DNA from: Chara braunii
Lineage: Eukaryota > Plantae > Charophyceae
NCBI GenBank assembly: GCA_003427395.1
Contig: BFEA01000002.1
Location: 8,736,339 to 8,800,338, forward strand
Length of the DNA stretch: 64,000 bases
Direction: 5' to 3'
How positions within the stretch are numbered: position 1 is the stretch's first letter; every line of letters starts with the position of its first letter. Under the pieces are notes generated by a model, which was given only the letters and a program-made list of their open reading frames with translations, did no database searches and was not told the DNA's origin. The translations under genes and the position numbers were made by a program. Below are positions 1 through 12,218 of this stretch, in pieces.

Positions 1-455
1 TGTCGAAGTCACTGTTGCAGTCACTGTTGCAGTAAATTTGTACCCCTCTCCTACATCCTACATGACTGCTCCCCAAGCGTCAAATTACAGTAACTGTTGC
101 AGTAGCTTTTGCAGTAATTATTGCAGCGACTGTTGCAGTCAGTGTTGCAGTCAGTGTTGCAGTAACTGGCGCAGTTACTGTTGCAATGACTTTTGCAGTA
201 ACTGTTGCAGTAACTGTTACAGTAACTTTGTGCCCCTCTCCTACATCCTACATGACTGCTCCCCAATCGTCAAATTACAGTAACTGTTGCAGTGACTGTT
301 GCAGTGACTGTTGCAGCAACTATTGCAGCCACTGTTGCAGTAACTATTGCAGTAAATGTTGCAGTGACTGTTGCAGTGACTGTTGCAGTAACTGTTGCAG
401 TAACTGTTGCAGTAACTGTTGCAGTGACTGTTGCAGTAACTTTGTGCCCCTCTCC
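1..455. repeat. Minisatellite: 12-bp units (gcagtaactgtt) inside higher-order units of ~190 and ~214 bp
   Basis: Spacer tttgt(a/g)cccctctcct recurs at 37, 227 and 441; the Cys-rich ORFs are translations of the repeat. Confidence 0.9.
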
Positions 456-848
456 TAAAGCAATGCACCGAGCTGCATCCGCCCTTCCCCCACTGACCGA
501 TGTTCGGACGGACAGTTAAGCAATTGGTCTAACAAGGGAATGATAACGAATCTCAAGATTGATCCAACAATCAATCTAGGAACCGGAAACCAGTCTTGAC
601 AATTGAGGAGACCATCAGAGCTTACTCACACCCGCGATGTCCTAGATGTATCGGACTGCAATTACGACCAGACCTTAATTAATATAAGCGCAATCACGTC
701 CAGAGTGTAGTAGAAAAATTCCTAATGAGAGTTATGCCCTCAATCTCAAAATAGGATCAGATCCTCAAGAGGTTAAGGGAAAGGCCGATGGGCAGGGATT
801 CTAGACAATCCCGCTCAATGGAACTACTGTCCTGCCGCTTTTGAACAC

Positions 849-1190
<342 letters not shown>

Positions 1191-1782
1191 CTCCCCACCC
1201 CTGTCCATAAGCCTGAGTCTGTCCACTACCTTGCCCCCCGCCCTGCTAAGGACATGGTAGCTGCCCCCATATCCTTCCATAAACAATAGCATCTCTATCT
1301 GTAAGTTTTATCTGTCCGAGTCTTCTCTGTATCTGCAAGGGAGAGAGAGTGATCTAAGTTGAAGTGTATTGTACACGAAGTATGAAGAATTTCTTCCTAT
1401 TTGTTGGTGCAGAACAACTCCCACGCAAATCCTATTCGTAAGAACGAACTGGAGACAAAAAAAAAATCAAATGAACTGTTCCACAGAAAGAAAGCAATAT
1501 TAGAATTCTCAGCAGTTTGTTTTGATGCAAAAATCAAAAGCTGAACCAAATCGAAAAGTAAAAAACAAAGCGCAAACTAAGCAGTGAAAAAAAGCAATAA
1601 TACCCTGACACTGGCTTTCTACCCACAACCACCTCTTTGTCAACCCCTCTCTCTCTCTCTCTCTCTCACCTGACCTCCTTCGGAAACCGTGGAAAAATTC
1701 AAAGGGACCAATCGAATCCCCTCACAAGAGAAAACAGTTATGCATCTGCAGTACCGCAAAGTGCCCCAACTTCCCCAAGCCA

Positions 1783-1835
1783 AAGAAGAAGAAGAAGAAG
1801 AAGAAGAAGAAGAAGAAGAAGAAGAAGAAGAAGAA
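1783..1835. repeat. (AAG)n microsatellite
   Basis: Direct reading. Confidence 0.95.
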
Positions 1836-2245
1836 AAAGGGCACACCAAGCCTGGCCGCACACGTCAATCTGAAGAAAGCTTACTTGGGGGAAGCGGCAC
1901 TGAATCCCTCACTTTTGTGCACGGACCCGGTTTTCCCGATGCCCAGGCGAGAGCGCAAACATAGCAGCAGCAATGGGACCTGGCACTTCGATGCAGATGC
2001 CACTTAGACACGTCCATTACGGCATGGGAATCGTGAACCTGATGGCAATCATGCTTATGCTCAAGATTTGGTAGGTGGCACGAACATAGCATCAGTGCGA
2101 CCTGGCCCGTAGGGTGGTCTATACATTTCTCTATCCTCGAGTATGCCGGCAGTCATCCCTGCGATCAGGAGTCAACTGTCGCGGCGCAAAAAAAAAAAAG
2201 TCGCGTCAGACCTTCACGGCCGCCGAAATGAAAATTGTGCCATCA

Positions 2246-2376
2246 GTCCTCTGGGACATCCATTAAAATTGGAACGATAACTTCTCAGACAGAAGGTTAG
2301 CGTAACCCCTGTGGCATAACACGAGTAAATTTAGAAATGGTCCAAAAGGAAAAAAAAGAAAAAAGAAAAAAAAAAA
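2246..2376 (+). pseudogene. U6: Diverged U6 snRNA retro-pseudogene with A-rich tail
   Basis: gtcctctgggacatccattaaaattggaacgata...agaaggttagcgtaacccctg...aaatttagaaatggtccaaa matches plant U6; A-rich run 2347-2376; short insertion at the ACAGAGA box; no convincing TSD. Confidence 0.85.
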
Positions 2377-2502
2377 CCTCGTGACACATCCGATCTTGAC
2401 CGTCAGATTCCCTTACAAATCCCCCTCATCTGCCCGATGCCGTATGAAGTCGAAGTCCTTGATGCAGGTTTGTCCAAGCTTCGCTCCCCTCCAAAATGAC
2501 TA

Positions 2503-2765
2503 CCCACTACGTTGTGGATCTTTGCGCACATGTCCTCCACTACGTCGTGGATCTTCGTGCACATGTCCTCCACTATGTTGTGGACCTTTGCGAACATGTC
2601 CTCCGCTATGTTGTGGACCTTTGCGCACATGTCCTCCGCTATGTTGTGGACCTTTCAGCACAGCCTCTGCTAGTACGTTGTGGACCTTCGCACACATGTC
2701 CTCACTATGTTGTAGATTTTCGCGCACGTCCTCCGCTATGTTGTGAACCTTCGCACACATGCCCT
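2503..2765. repeat. 33-bp minisatellite (cctccgctatgttgtggacctttgcgcacatgt)
   Basis: About 8 diverged units; 11-aa periodicity in the ORF track. Confidence 0.9.
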
Positions 2766-2891
2766 CTGCTTCCTCATCTCCGCCCTCGAAGCTGCAAAAA
2801 AACAATCCAGGCCAAGAAAATACCCAGATTTAGAAACAAGATTCCATTTACTTTTTTACGCCGTTTTGTGCATACTGCAACGAGGACCCTA

Positions 2892-2996
2892 CCGTCTTCA
2901 CGCGAACAGAATGCCTGGTCATTATAGCCATATCTGGTGCAATTTTCAGTCCAGATACAGCTATAATGACCGGCCGTTCTATTCGGGTGAAGATGG
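2892..2996. mobile_element. Hairpin MITE flanked by TA (Tc1/mariner-type)
   Basis: TA|ccgtcttcacgcgaacagaa...ttctattcgggtgaagatgg|TA, almost fully self-complementary; truncated second copy at ~30428-30508. Confidence 0.75.
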
Positions 2997-3717
2997 TAGC
3001 GGATGTGTCCCACCGCATCATTTGCCACATTCAGTTGGGAAAGACCGTATTTGACCTTGTTGTGAGCCAAATTCAATGGAGGAAGTCCTGATGCGGCCTT
3101 GCCAGCCAGATTCAGTAGAGACAGTACAACTTGAGTATGCCGTCAGACGCGAGGAGGACATGAATGCCACTCGTTGTGTCCTTAAGGGGATGATGAGAAC
3201 CAATCGGAGATTAGCTCCCCATTGTACCCTGCCAACTGCACTTGGTCATGAGCACGGTGAGGTGCATGATGTCAACGACAATGCACTTGGTCATGTACAT
3301 GGCCAGGTGCATGATAACAATGGAGATAACCCTACCGTTTATGGACGTCCCGGTCACGACAGCCATTGTGGCAATCGCATGCTTCCCCGTCGCCCTTTCT
3401 CTGCTGCGCTCTGAGCGAAAGGCCCTGAGTTGAAGCGCTTTGTGTTGCGCAGTTTTTCTTTGACAGAAACAGAATACTAAAACAAGTGGTGGTCCAAACT
3501 GACGGATGTCGAAAAATCAACAGATGAGCAGTGGTCGTTGGTGAAATGCCACTCCAACTCAGAGCTAACTGGTTCTCCCTGCAATCCGTTGAGGCGCAGC
3601 AATCAACTACACCTTTAATTGTTTTGTCAGAGTTTATATGTATAATGTATATATTGTCATTTATATATACGATATATCGTCATATATATATATATATATA
3701 TATATCGTCACAAACAG

Positions 3718-3757
3718 AACTGCCCGGTAAACCGTAGGCAGAGAGAGAGAAGAGGAC
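3718..3757 (-). mobile_element. 3' terminal fragment of the hammerhead-like (putative Penelope-like) repeat
   Basis: aactgcccggtaaaccgtaggcagagagagaagaggaca also occurs at ~10530 and ~58270. Confidence 0.75.
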
Positions 3758-3895
3758 ATGTCACATGAATATCAGAGCGCAAATGCGAAAAAAAGAAAAA
3801 CAGGAAAAAATGAATTCAGTTTTTTATCTTCTTCCTTATAACTCCCCATGTTCAGAACCTCTTGCATACAAGGCCGCCCACGTGGATATATAATC

Positions 3896-4000
3896 AAAAA
3901 TATATGTTTTGTAACTGGAAGATCAAAAGCTTATTGTAGAGACTTTGGAATATCTCGTCATACATCTCGGGAGATGGCTCATGCTCGTTTATTACCTGGA
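3896..4000 (+). pseudogene. rps14: Plastid-type ribosomal protein S14 C-terminal fragment (NUPT)
   Basis: [32 protein letters not shown] matches the plastid Rps14 pattern CFxTGRPxxxYRDFGLSRHxLREMAHACLLPG; AT-rich codons. Confidence 0.85.
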
Positions 4001-4472
4001 CTTTTATATCATCGTCACAATCAGATAGCACAGAAGCTGCAAAAAGTCAAGAGCTTCAGATACATAGGAAAAGAAGGCGTGAAGAGGTGAGGAGAGAGGT
4101 GGTGGGGAAGGCAGTGGGAGGGCTTGGTGGGGGGGAGGGGGACAAGAGCAAGGGAAAAAGGTCATTGCATCTTTTCTCAAACAGATTACAATTACGAAAT
4201 GGCATCAGACAAGGTGAGCGAGCACAAAAAAAGTGTGTGTGCTGTGTGTGTGTGTGCGCGCGCGCGCGCGCGAGANNNNNNNNNNNNNNNNNNNNNNNNN
4301 NNNNNNNNNNNNNNNNNNNNNNNNNNNNNNNNNNNNNNNNNNNNNNNNNNNNNNNNNNNNNNNNNNNNNNNNNNNNNNNNNNNNNNNNNNNNNNNNNNNN
4401 NNNNNNNNNNNNNNNNNNNNNNNNNNNNNNNNNNNNNNNNNNNNNNNNNNNNNNNNNNNNNNNNNNNNNNNG

Positions 4473-4564
<92 letters not shown>

Positions 4565-4844
4565 GCTTGCTTGGAAGAGTTGAGTCCAGCCAGAGCTGCC
4601 ACCATACACAAGTGGGAATGGCTTCATTCTTCTTTGATTTTCCTATAAGAAATTTGAACTCTCATGTGGTTTCCATCCAGTGTGGTATGTGTCTCAGCGT
4701 GGGGTGGTGAATTTGAGAGTCTGCCTATGGTAACACCTTGGTGTAAACTGGGCAAGGTAATTGCAGTAGGCTTGGTGTGATGCTATGACCTCATCTCCAT
4801 AACGTAAGTACTGGTTAAAAAAAAAAAAAAAAAAAAGGTTAGTC

Positions 4845-4892
<48 letters not shown>

Positions 4893-5770
4893 TAGTTGTA
4901 CTAGTTTTAACAGGAGTGTGCTAATCTTCTCCCAAAGCTCCCGAAGAGGCTGCCTGCCGGAACGGCCAAAATGCATGATGCGGCTCCAGCACGTGAACAC
5001 CATCATCGACCTGCGTGACAGAAAGGAGTCATCTGTTATGCGAGACAGCATGCATGGAACACGCAATACGTAGGCAGGTGGGGAGGTGTATCAATGCATC
5101 TCCTATCACATCAATCACTTCCCGCAGTCCTCTGTAGGCAGGTAGCCGCTTTTGAGAGAACTCTTCCTCACGCATAAACTCCTCAGACTTCACCCAGAGA
5201 AGGTCCCCATTGACAGATCTAGAGGGTCGCCTGTGCTTATTGGCTTGTTCTAGCATCTTCCACTGGGTGTGCCCGAGCCATCTTTTCGAGGTCCTCATAG
5301 GCACTCACAGGTTCCCAGCGTAACACCTGCTGAATCTGATCAGGATTCAGACAGTCAATCACTCCGCTTGGTTTCCAGCCCTTGTGTTGCTCATTTGGTG
5401 ACCTTAGGCAAGTGCTCATCCCAATCTATCTGATCTAGTCAAATATACATACGAGAGTCAACTGTAACAGCTTGCTCATTTGTTCTGGTTGTCCATTAAT
5501 CTCAAGGTACCACCGTAACCCCTAGTTAGCTTCGACCCATGAACTTTCATCGGGTGTTGACAGTGCCCCGTCGTACATCTAACGCCTCTACCACTAACTA
5601 TCACTATCACCATGGGTTGAACCGTGATCGTTATCTTTAACCCAATGACTGAAAAATTCACTGATAACTAAGTCGGTTTTTGCATCGGATGGCAAACCTG
5701 TCTACAATGACCATCCCTTCACTTGTCCACTTCTACTCCTAACCTTCATGTCCATTAAGTCAATAGTTAA

Positions 5771-5920
5771 ACCACCAGTACTTGGCCCAGCTATCGGCCG
5801 CGGAAAAAAATAGAGTAGAAACGTTTCTAGTCGGATGAATTTGGGCGCTCCTGAAGTAGCCCGTACGTTTCCTAAAATCGTGGTGCGTTAACGGGCACGA
5901 CTGTAGGAAGTACTGGTGGT
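5771..5920. mobile_element. 150-bp TTAA-flanked MITE, copy 1
   Basis: TTAA|accaccagtactt...aagtactggtggt|TTAA; homologous copies at 19336-19486 and 46884-47033. Confidence 0.9.
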
Positions 5921-5979
5921 TTAAGGAATCTCCGCCACCTCGGCCCACCTGAGGGTATAGGCACTGGTTTCAGAAATCC

Positions 5980-7355
5980 CCCTTTTTTTTGTTTTTTAAT
6001 AACAAGTCGAGATTGTAGTAGAGGCTGGATGCTAGGCCTTGGGGGGTGCCTGTCGCTGTACTCAACCAGTGGGGAGATCAGACGGCTTGTGACAGCCCCA
6101 AGGACAGTCTCCTCCAGGGCGCATCATTCGTGAACTCTTTTTTTAGTTATCCTAATTAGATCGCATGTCGAGCCCTAGAGCGGTGCGAACCAGACCTGTC
6201 TCTAGACCTAGATTTACACCAACCCACGCTTTCAGAGGGTCTCAGATGAGTGTTCCCCTCGGGTGCTACCATAGGGACACCCCAAATTCTCGAGGATGAC
6301 CCGGGCACAAGAGGGGTCACGGATATGTGGTCATTCCCCACCTGTATCACACATCTAGCAGACTCTATGGGCGTTCACCACCCTTCTACTATCAATGTGA
6401 CGACCCACCGTCCCCTGCCTAAGATGAGACCCTTACCCAGAGACCCCTCCCCAGATTCACGCCCCTGTTGACCCCCTCAATGGGAACACACACAGGCACC
6501 AGCCCGCAGGCATCGTAAGATAGACACGAGGCCCGCCCTTGGGAATCGTATATGCCTAACCCCCAACCCTTACTACTTCTCAAGGGGGGTGTAGAAAGCG
6601 GCGCCAGACTGGAACCAGGATCGTACAATGTAAATATGGACTCTCGCAGGTGTACCATGAGGCCGGGAAGCTACCACAGTACCAGCCCACAGGCATCGTA
6701 AGATAGACATGAGGCTTGCCCTTGGGAATCGTATATTCCTAACACCCAACTTTTACTACTACTCAAGGGGGGTGTAGAGAGTGGAGCACAACCAGAACCA
6801 GGATCGTACAATGTAAGTATGGACTCTCGCAGGTGTACCATGAGGCCGGGAAACTACCACAATATGCAGACACACCCACAGAGCAGTGCATATGAACGAG
6901 GCGGTGCACAAACAGGCCCACAATTTCTACACAAATTCCTACCTAACCTAATCTAGACCTAAGACCTCTACCCAACCTACCTCCTCTACCCTGCCCATGG
7001 TGAGTACATGAGACATGACCCAGAGATCATTGGACCACACTACGGACAACCCACACCCCCACACCCCCCCCACACACGCACACTCGTCCGACCACCCTAA
7101 GGCTAACCACGCAAACAGCCCGCCCCCAAGGCCCTGCTACTAACATACGACAACCATGGATTAACCCCCCTGGGTGGTGCAAACGCAGTGTCTGTAATAA
7201 TGACCTTGCATCAGCCTAAGGGGGGTGTGAATGGCTTGTGCGCTATGAAAGCACTGCCAGTGTACGTGCGCGAGACAATAGAGTTTTGAACCTGCAAACT
7301 CATACTACAATGAGCATTTCCAACCGGTGCTCTAACCATTGAGCCAACGACCATC
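5980..7355 (-). mobile_element. Long (~1.37 kb) tRNA-headed SINE-like element
   Basis: Minus-strand A box tggctcaatggttagagc (7329-7346) and B box ggttcaaaac (7283-7292); T-run (minus-strand A tail) ~5983-5997; diverged TSD cactggtttcagaaatcc (5962-5979) / cacggtttcaacaatcc (7356-7372); internal 183-bp duplication 6501-6860. Confidence 0.65.
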
Positions 7356-10237
7356 CACGGTTTCAACAATCCTTAAGAGGACGACCTAGTATTTTATTCC
7401 TCTGACATACTTTGCATTTATTCCTCTAACATACTGTGCATTCCTGTACGCACCAAATACAATCAGCTTTCATTTCGATACACATATATGATCCCAACAA
7501 GTTGGCATATGTCTTCCCCCACCCGAAATTCCCTCCCCTGTCATGGCACTCTCCGAGTATAAGACCGCAGAGTTGGTCTTCACCATTGGAAGTTGGGAAT
7601 AACAACCCATCATCTGCCATACACGCAGATACTTCATGGGGTTTCTCTGCTACTATAACTATTATGACACCTGGAACCGGATCATCAACATTATGGCACT
7701 TGGAACTTGATCATCAACGTTATGGCACTTGGAACTGGATCATCAACATATGCTGCCTTCATTCATGGATGCAATTCCTTCGCAGCATCAAGGTTAGTGA
7801 CAATCGTTCCAAAGCCAGCTTCTCCTATGCAACACATCTGTTACGACATCATACTCTCCTTTGACTGGTTCCAATGCAAAGTCAAATTTGTCAATCTCTC
7901 TGGCCTGTCGAGCTGGTTTAGTCTACATCCTCGCTTGGGTCTTTCGCCAATACAAGGCCTCATGATCCAAAGAAACCATAAAATGTCCTCCACGTATCTA
8001 ACGCTTCATGGAGCTTATACAACTCTCTCTCATATGTAGATGCTGCTACTTTCTCAGAGGACAAGCGTTAGGACATGAACTGAACGGGGCGATACCCGTT
8101 TCCCATCATCTTGCTGTGGCATGGCCCCAATTCCATACTAACGTGTGTTACTCGTAAGTATAAAAGGTGATGAGGGGTCTGTTTCAATTAAGGACTTCTT
8201 CAACTTCTCAAAAGCCGAGGTGCAGTCTCTATCCCTCCACAACCACACACCTTTCTTTAGTAGTTAGCACACTAATGCTGCGATTGTACTGAAGTTTCGC
8301 ATGAACGTCCTATAGTGGTTGACTAGACCTAGGAGCGAACACAGTTCCGTCAGCCAACCTCTAATAGCAACTATCTTTGCAGCCTCTGGTCTTACATGAT
8401 CCCCATCTATTACATGCCCTTGAGACAGCACCTGCGGTTTGGCCCACTTCCACTTTTTCGGGTTCACTTTGAAGTTACTGTCCCTCGACTTAAAAAGTTT
8501 CTACATGTGCTCCTTATGTTCTTCTTACATTTTGTTGAACACTAATATAGCATCCAGGTACACCACTAGAAGTTGTCAAGCCATTCCCTGAACATATCAT
8601 TCATGCATCTCTGAAAAGTAATAGGGGCATTAGTTATTCCGATGGGCATCATTCTACAATCGTACCGTGTCCTAAATGCAATATTGTGATGATCTTCAGG
8701 GTCAACTTCTATCTGCCCTGATTTCATATCTATCTTCAAAAAATATTTACATCCCCGCAGTCGGTCTAACAAATCGTTTGTGGCAGCAGTTCCACGGTCG
8801 TTAGAACAATACCATTCCATCATTTGTAGTCTATACATATTCTTAACGCACCTTCTTTGTCGGGAATGAACAACACCAGTGCACCGTACTAGGCTTTATC
8901 CAACTCTTCTCTATCAGCTCATCTAACTACTTTCTTAGTTCTTCTAATTCTCTAAGAGACATTGTGGAGATTGGACCCTCTGAGGGGTTACTTCCAAGTT
9001 GAACCTTAATTCTATGCGTGATTTCCCTCTCTACTACTCCACTAGGTGCCGCCTCCAAATCTGCAAACTATTTTAACAACAAATGAATCACCCTTGCTAG
9101 CCTCTTCACTCACCAGTATCACATAGGCTTCACTACATGTTTGGCAAACACGGGAGTTTTTGCCCCTTTGTCTAACATGGGGACAATGTAGACTTCTGGC
9201 CGGACTCATAAAACAATTGTACCTTTTCCTTCTTACCTTCGGTGCTGGGAAGCCAGCACTCGTGCTTGCCCATGCATATGTCTGCCTTTGTCTGCTTCTC
9301 CCCAATCCCCAAAAGCATCTCGAAGAGTAGGTTACCTTTTCCTTTTTACCTTCGGTGCTGGGCAGCCAGCACTCATGCTTGACCATGCATATGTCTGTCT
9401 TTGTCCGCTTCTGTCCCCAAAAGCATCTTGAAGAGTATGTTATCTTCCACCAGAATCGTCAGGGAATGTAGTACCTTCTCTAACCTCTCCCCTCCCTTCA
9501 ATCAAAAGTTTGCCTTAATCCCCTCAACATACTCATCTACACTCATCAGTCGATCCCTCCATATTTGCCCACAAAGGTAACTGCGGATTGATGCTTCTGA
9601 TGGATAGGGTGCATCTCCACCATAAGCGTCTCTTTTTCCTCCTCTTTTCCACAATACCTCTTTCAATCTCCCCCCTGGTCTTGCCCTTAGTTGTTACAGG
9701 TGTTGTGCACCATCGGATAAACTCCCCCAAGCATGTCGTTCCAGTTCCTTGCTATATCATCCTGCCTTTTAATTACCTGTTCTACCATGGCTCTCACTGC
9801 AGCTACGTCACTAGCAGTATGGAGTGTCAAGTTGGACAGTTGTGCGAGGTTGGGAGTGTTGTTTTCCTTCATCTGCGTTTTCAGGGCGTTGATAAGTGAG
9901 GGCAATATCCTTCAAAACCGTCTTTTTCAGTCAATTTGCTTTCTCTTCACTCCATGGCATCCTGCACTTCCTTCAGCATCGACTCCACCACAAAAATCTC
10001 TGTTTCCTCCTCCTCTAGGTTGGTCATGCAGCTTTTGAGGGGATCTTCCCAAATCCCCTGCTTACCACAACTTCACTAGCACCCTGCTACGGTTTTCTCC
10101 GGTCAGGTTGAGCGGCAGTGGTCGGGGCCATCACTATGCGGCCATGCTGTGCCTCTAGTGCCAGCGGCGTGTCTGGAGTGTATTTTTTGGCTGTGACAGA
10201 CCTTTCTTTGTTTCGTGGGTGTTTTGCTGGCTTGTGG

Positions 10238-10844
10238 TGGGGTGCGAACCGATAGTCTGTAGGGTTTTCCATCTGGTGTGGGTGAGTGATAGTCTGCTTT
10301 GATTTTCGTCACAGGTACCTTGAGGGCAGTGGTTGGTGCCCACCTCAAGATATCAGTTGCCAGGCAGTCGTTGATGCTTAACCACAGGTGGGGTTAAGGT
10401 GGATTATCACTTACAGCATGATCAGGTAGGGGATTCTGCAGACTGTTGAGGGATCAGTCTCCTGATGAGTAGGTGAAACTGTTTCGTCGGAGTTTCACCG
10501 ACTTATAAAAAAAAAAAAAGGTTATTTTGAACTGCCCGGTAAACCGTAGGCAGAGAGCCAGAAGAGGACAACAAACGAGGGGCTCTGACAAACTATGTCG
10601 TTGGAGTTTTACCAACTCATCAGGAGGCTGAACCCTCAACAGTTTGCAGAATCCCCTAACTGATTACACTGTAAGTGATAATCCACCTTAACCCCGGTTG
10701 TGGTTAAGCATCAACGACTGGCCGACAACTGATACCCTGAGGTGGGCACCAACCACCCTCAAGGTACCTGTGACGAAAATCAAAGCAGACTATCATTCAC
10801 CCACACCAGATGGAAAACTCTACAGACTATCGGTTCACACCCCA
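10238..10844. mobile_element. ~240-bp-arm inverted repeat containing hammerhead-ribozyme-like motifs (putative Penelope-like pLTR arrangement)
   Basis: Arms 10238-10480 and ~10606-10844 are reverse complements; CTGATGAG at 10462; minus strand reads ctgatgagttggtaaaactccaacgacatagtttgtc, plus a partial tandem copy agtcggtgaaactccgacgaaacagttt (10476-10503). Confidence 0.65.
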
Positions 10845-12218
10845 TCTGAACTAAAAGAGCACACTTTGCGAAACAAACCGGTAAATATTAAAAAACAAGA
10901 CAAAGATGAGGGGCACACTGAAACACCGTGCCTCTCACGTATAAGGCTCGCCACGCTGATGTAGTTGGGCGCGAGCTGCCGACATCCCTGTGCGCCATAA
11001 TGGCCCACTTGCACGCAGCGAACAGGAGGCAGAGGAAAGGGAGAGGGGAGAACGAGAGACGAAAGATTGAAAGGAAGACAAAGCAAATGAAGACTAAGGG
11101 AAAGAAGGGAAAGATAAGAGGGGGGTAATGACATCGAAGACCTGGATGAACATTCTCAGCACACCAGTTGCAACAACAGCTGGCGTTAAGCATGCCCACC
11201 AAACACTCCTGTCAAATGGCATATGGGTTGTAGGCCAACAGGAAGGAAGAAGGAGCGTGATGGAAGACCATCCAGTCCTTATTGTATCCCTGGTGACAAA
11301 ATGCACGTATGATGTCCGGATGTGGAGGATGTGCAAAGTCAGCAAAGGGGAGCCCTTTCCACACACAGATGTAGAAACCCTGGCTCGTCGCCATTGTGGC
11401 AGAAATGATGATGCCTACAGACGATTGTAGCTGCGGAGAGGACGAGGTTGTAGCGCATTGACAAATTGTCGTGCTGCCACAGGGGCAGAGAAGTGATCCT
11501 TGATACAAAAGAGTGTGTGGACGGTTTGCTCAGGCAAAAAGGCATCATCGACGCAGAGGAAATCACCAACATCTAGAATGGCATGGACTATGGTGCCAAT
11601 TCCAAGGGTCCCGATGGTCAGAGGGAATGGACAATGGCCAAGAGACGGCCAGGCCCATCTGCAACGAGGGTAGAGAGATGAGATGGAGGATGAAACCACT
11701 CACTGGGCCGCACAGTTGCAAGTTGGTGGTCCTTCATTGCAACCTGTAGAAGCCCCTCAGTTGGTGTCCTATGTACATATCACATACATGTATTTATATA
11801 TTATACATTTCAGGTGTTGGATATGGCTAACACCCTTCCTTTCCTCCTTCCTAGTGTTGTGCCTCTTGCTCAGCGTGCCAATGCAGAGCACAACTGGCAG
11901 CTTCAGTGTCGCTCCCTAACCCAGAATTGTAGGGAACTCGGGGTCCCTATGGGCCTGGTTGGTTGGTCACTGGACTTTTCCAGAAGCCCAATGTCCCATT
12001 CACCCGGGTACCATTCTCACCCCTGGTTGGCCTGGTGAGGCTCAACTGTGTCTGAAGCTGGTTGGGCTAGACCCTCTACACAGCCCGTCAGCGCAGGACC
12101 TACCAGCCCTTAGCACATGCACAGACCCTTTGGGCCTCGTAGTTTCATGTTTCTTATTCTAGCTTTAAGTAAGCAACTTGACGCTCCATGTAGCCAGACA
12201 GGAGATCGTTGCGGTCCT

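Larger units (their letters stand above)
4925..10080 (-). mobile_element. Degenerate Ty3/Gypsy internal region (gag-like, RT, RNase H, integrase), interrupted by a MITE and a SINE
   Basis: RT: DLLDRLRGCKYFLKIDMKSG, MPIGITNAPITFQRCMN (8566-8838); LLGLVNHYRTF (8264-8467); IN start LILGECHDRGGNFGWGKT (7426-7620); IN C-terminus EQANKHRRPS...QKRLPAYRG (5029-5304). Confidence 0.85.

Noticed and set aside
38-519. Cys-rich metallothionein-like ORFs
   Set aside because: They are translations of a 12-bp minisatellite that is open in several frames
1321-1333. 13-nt antisense match to the U6 ACAGAGA region (tcttctctgtatc)
   Set aside because: No flanking U6 similarity; too short to call
2503-2765. CRISPR-like 33-bp periodic array (also the 36-bp repeat at 22402 and 29-bp repeat at 7672)
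   Set aside because: Head-to-tail units with no unique spacers, no cas genes, eukaryotic context
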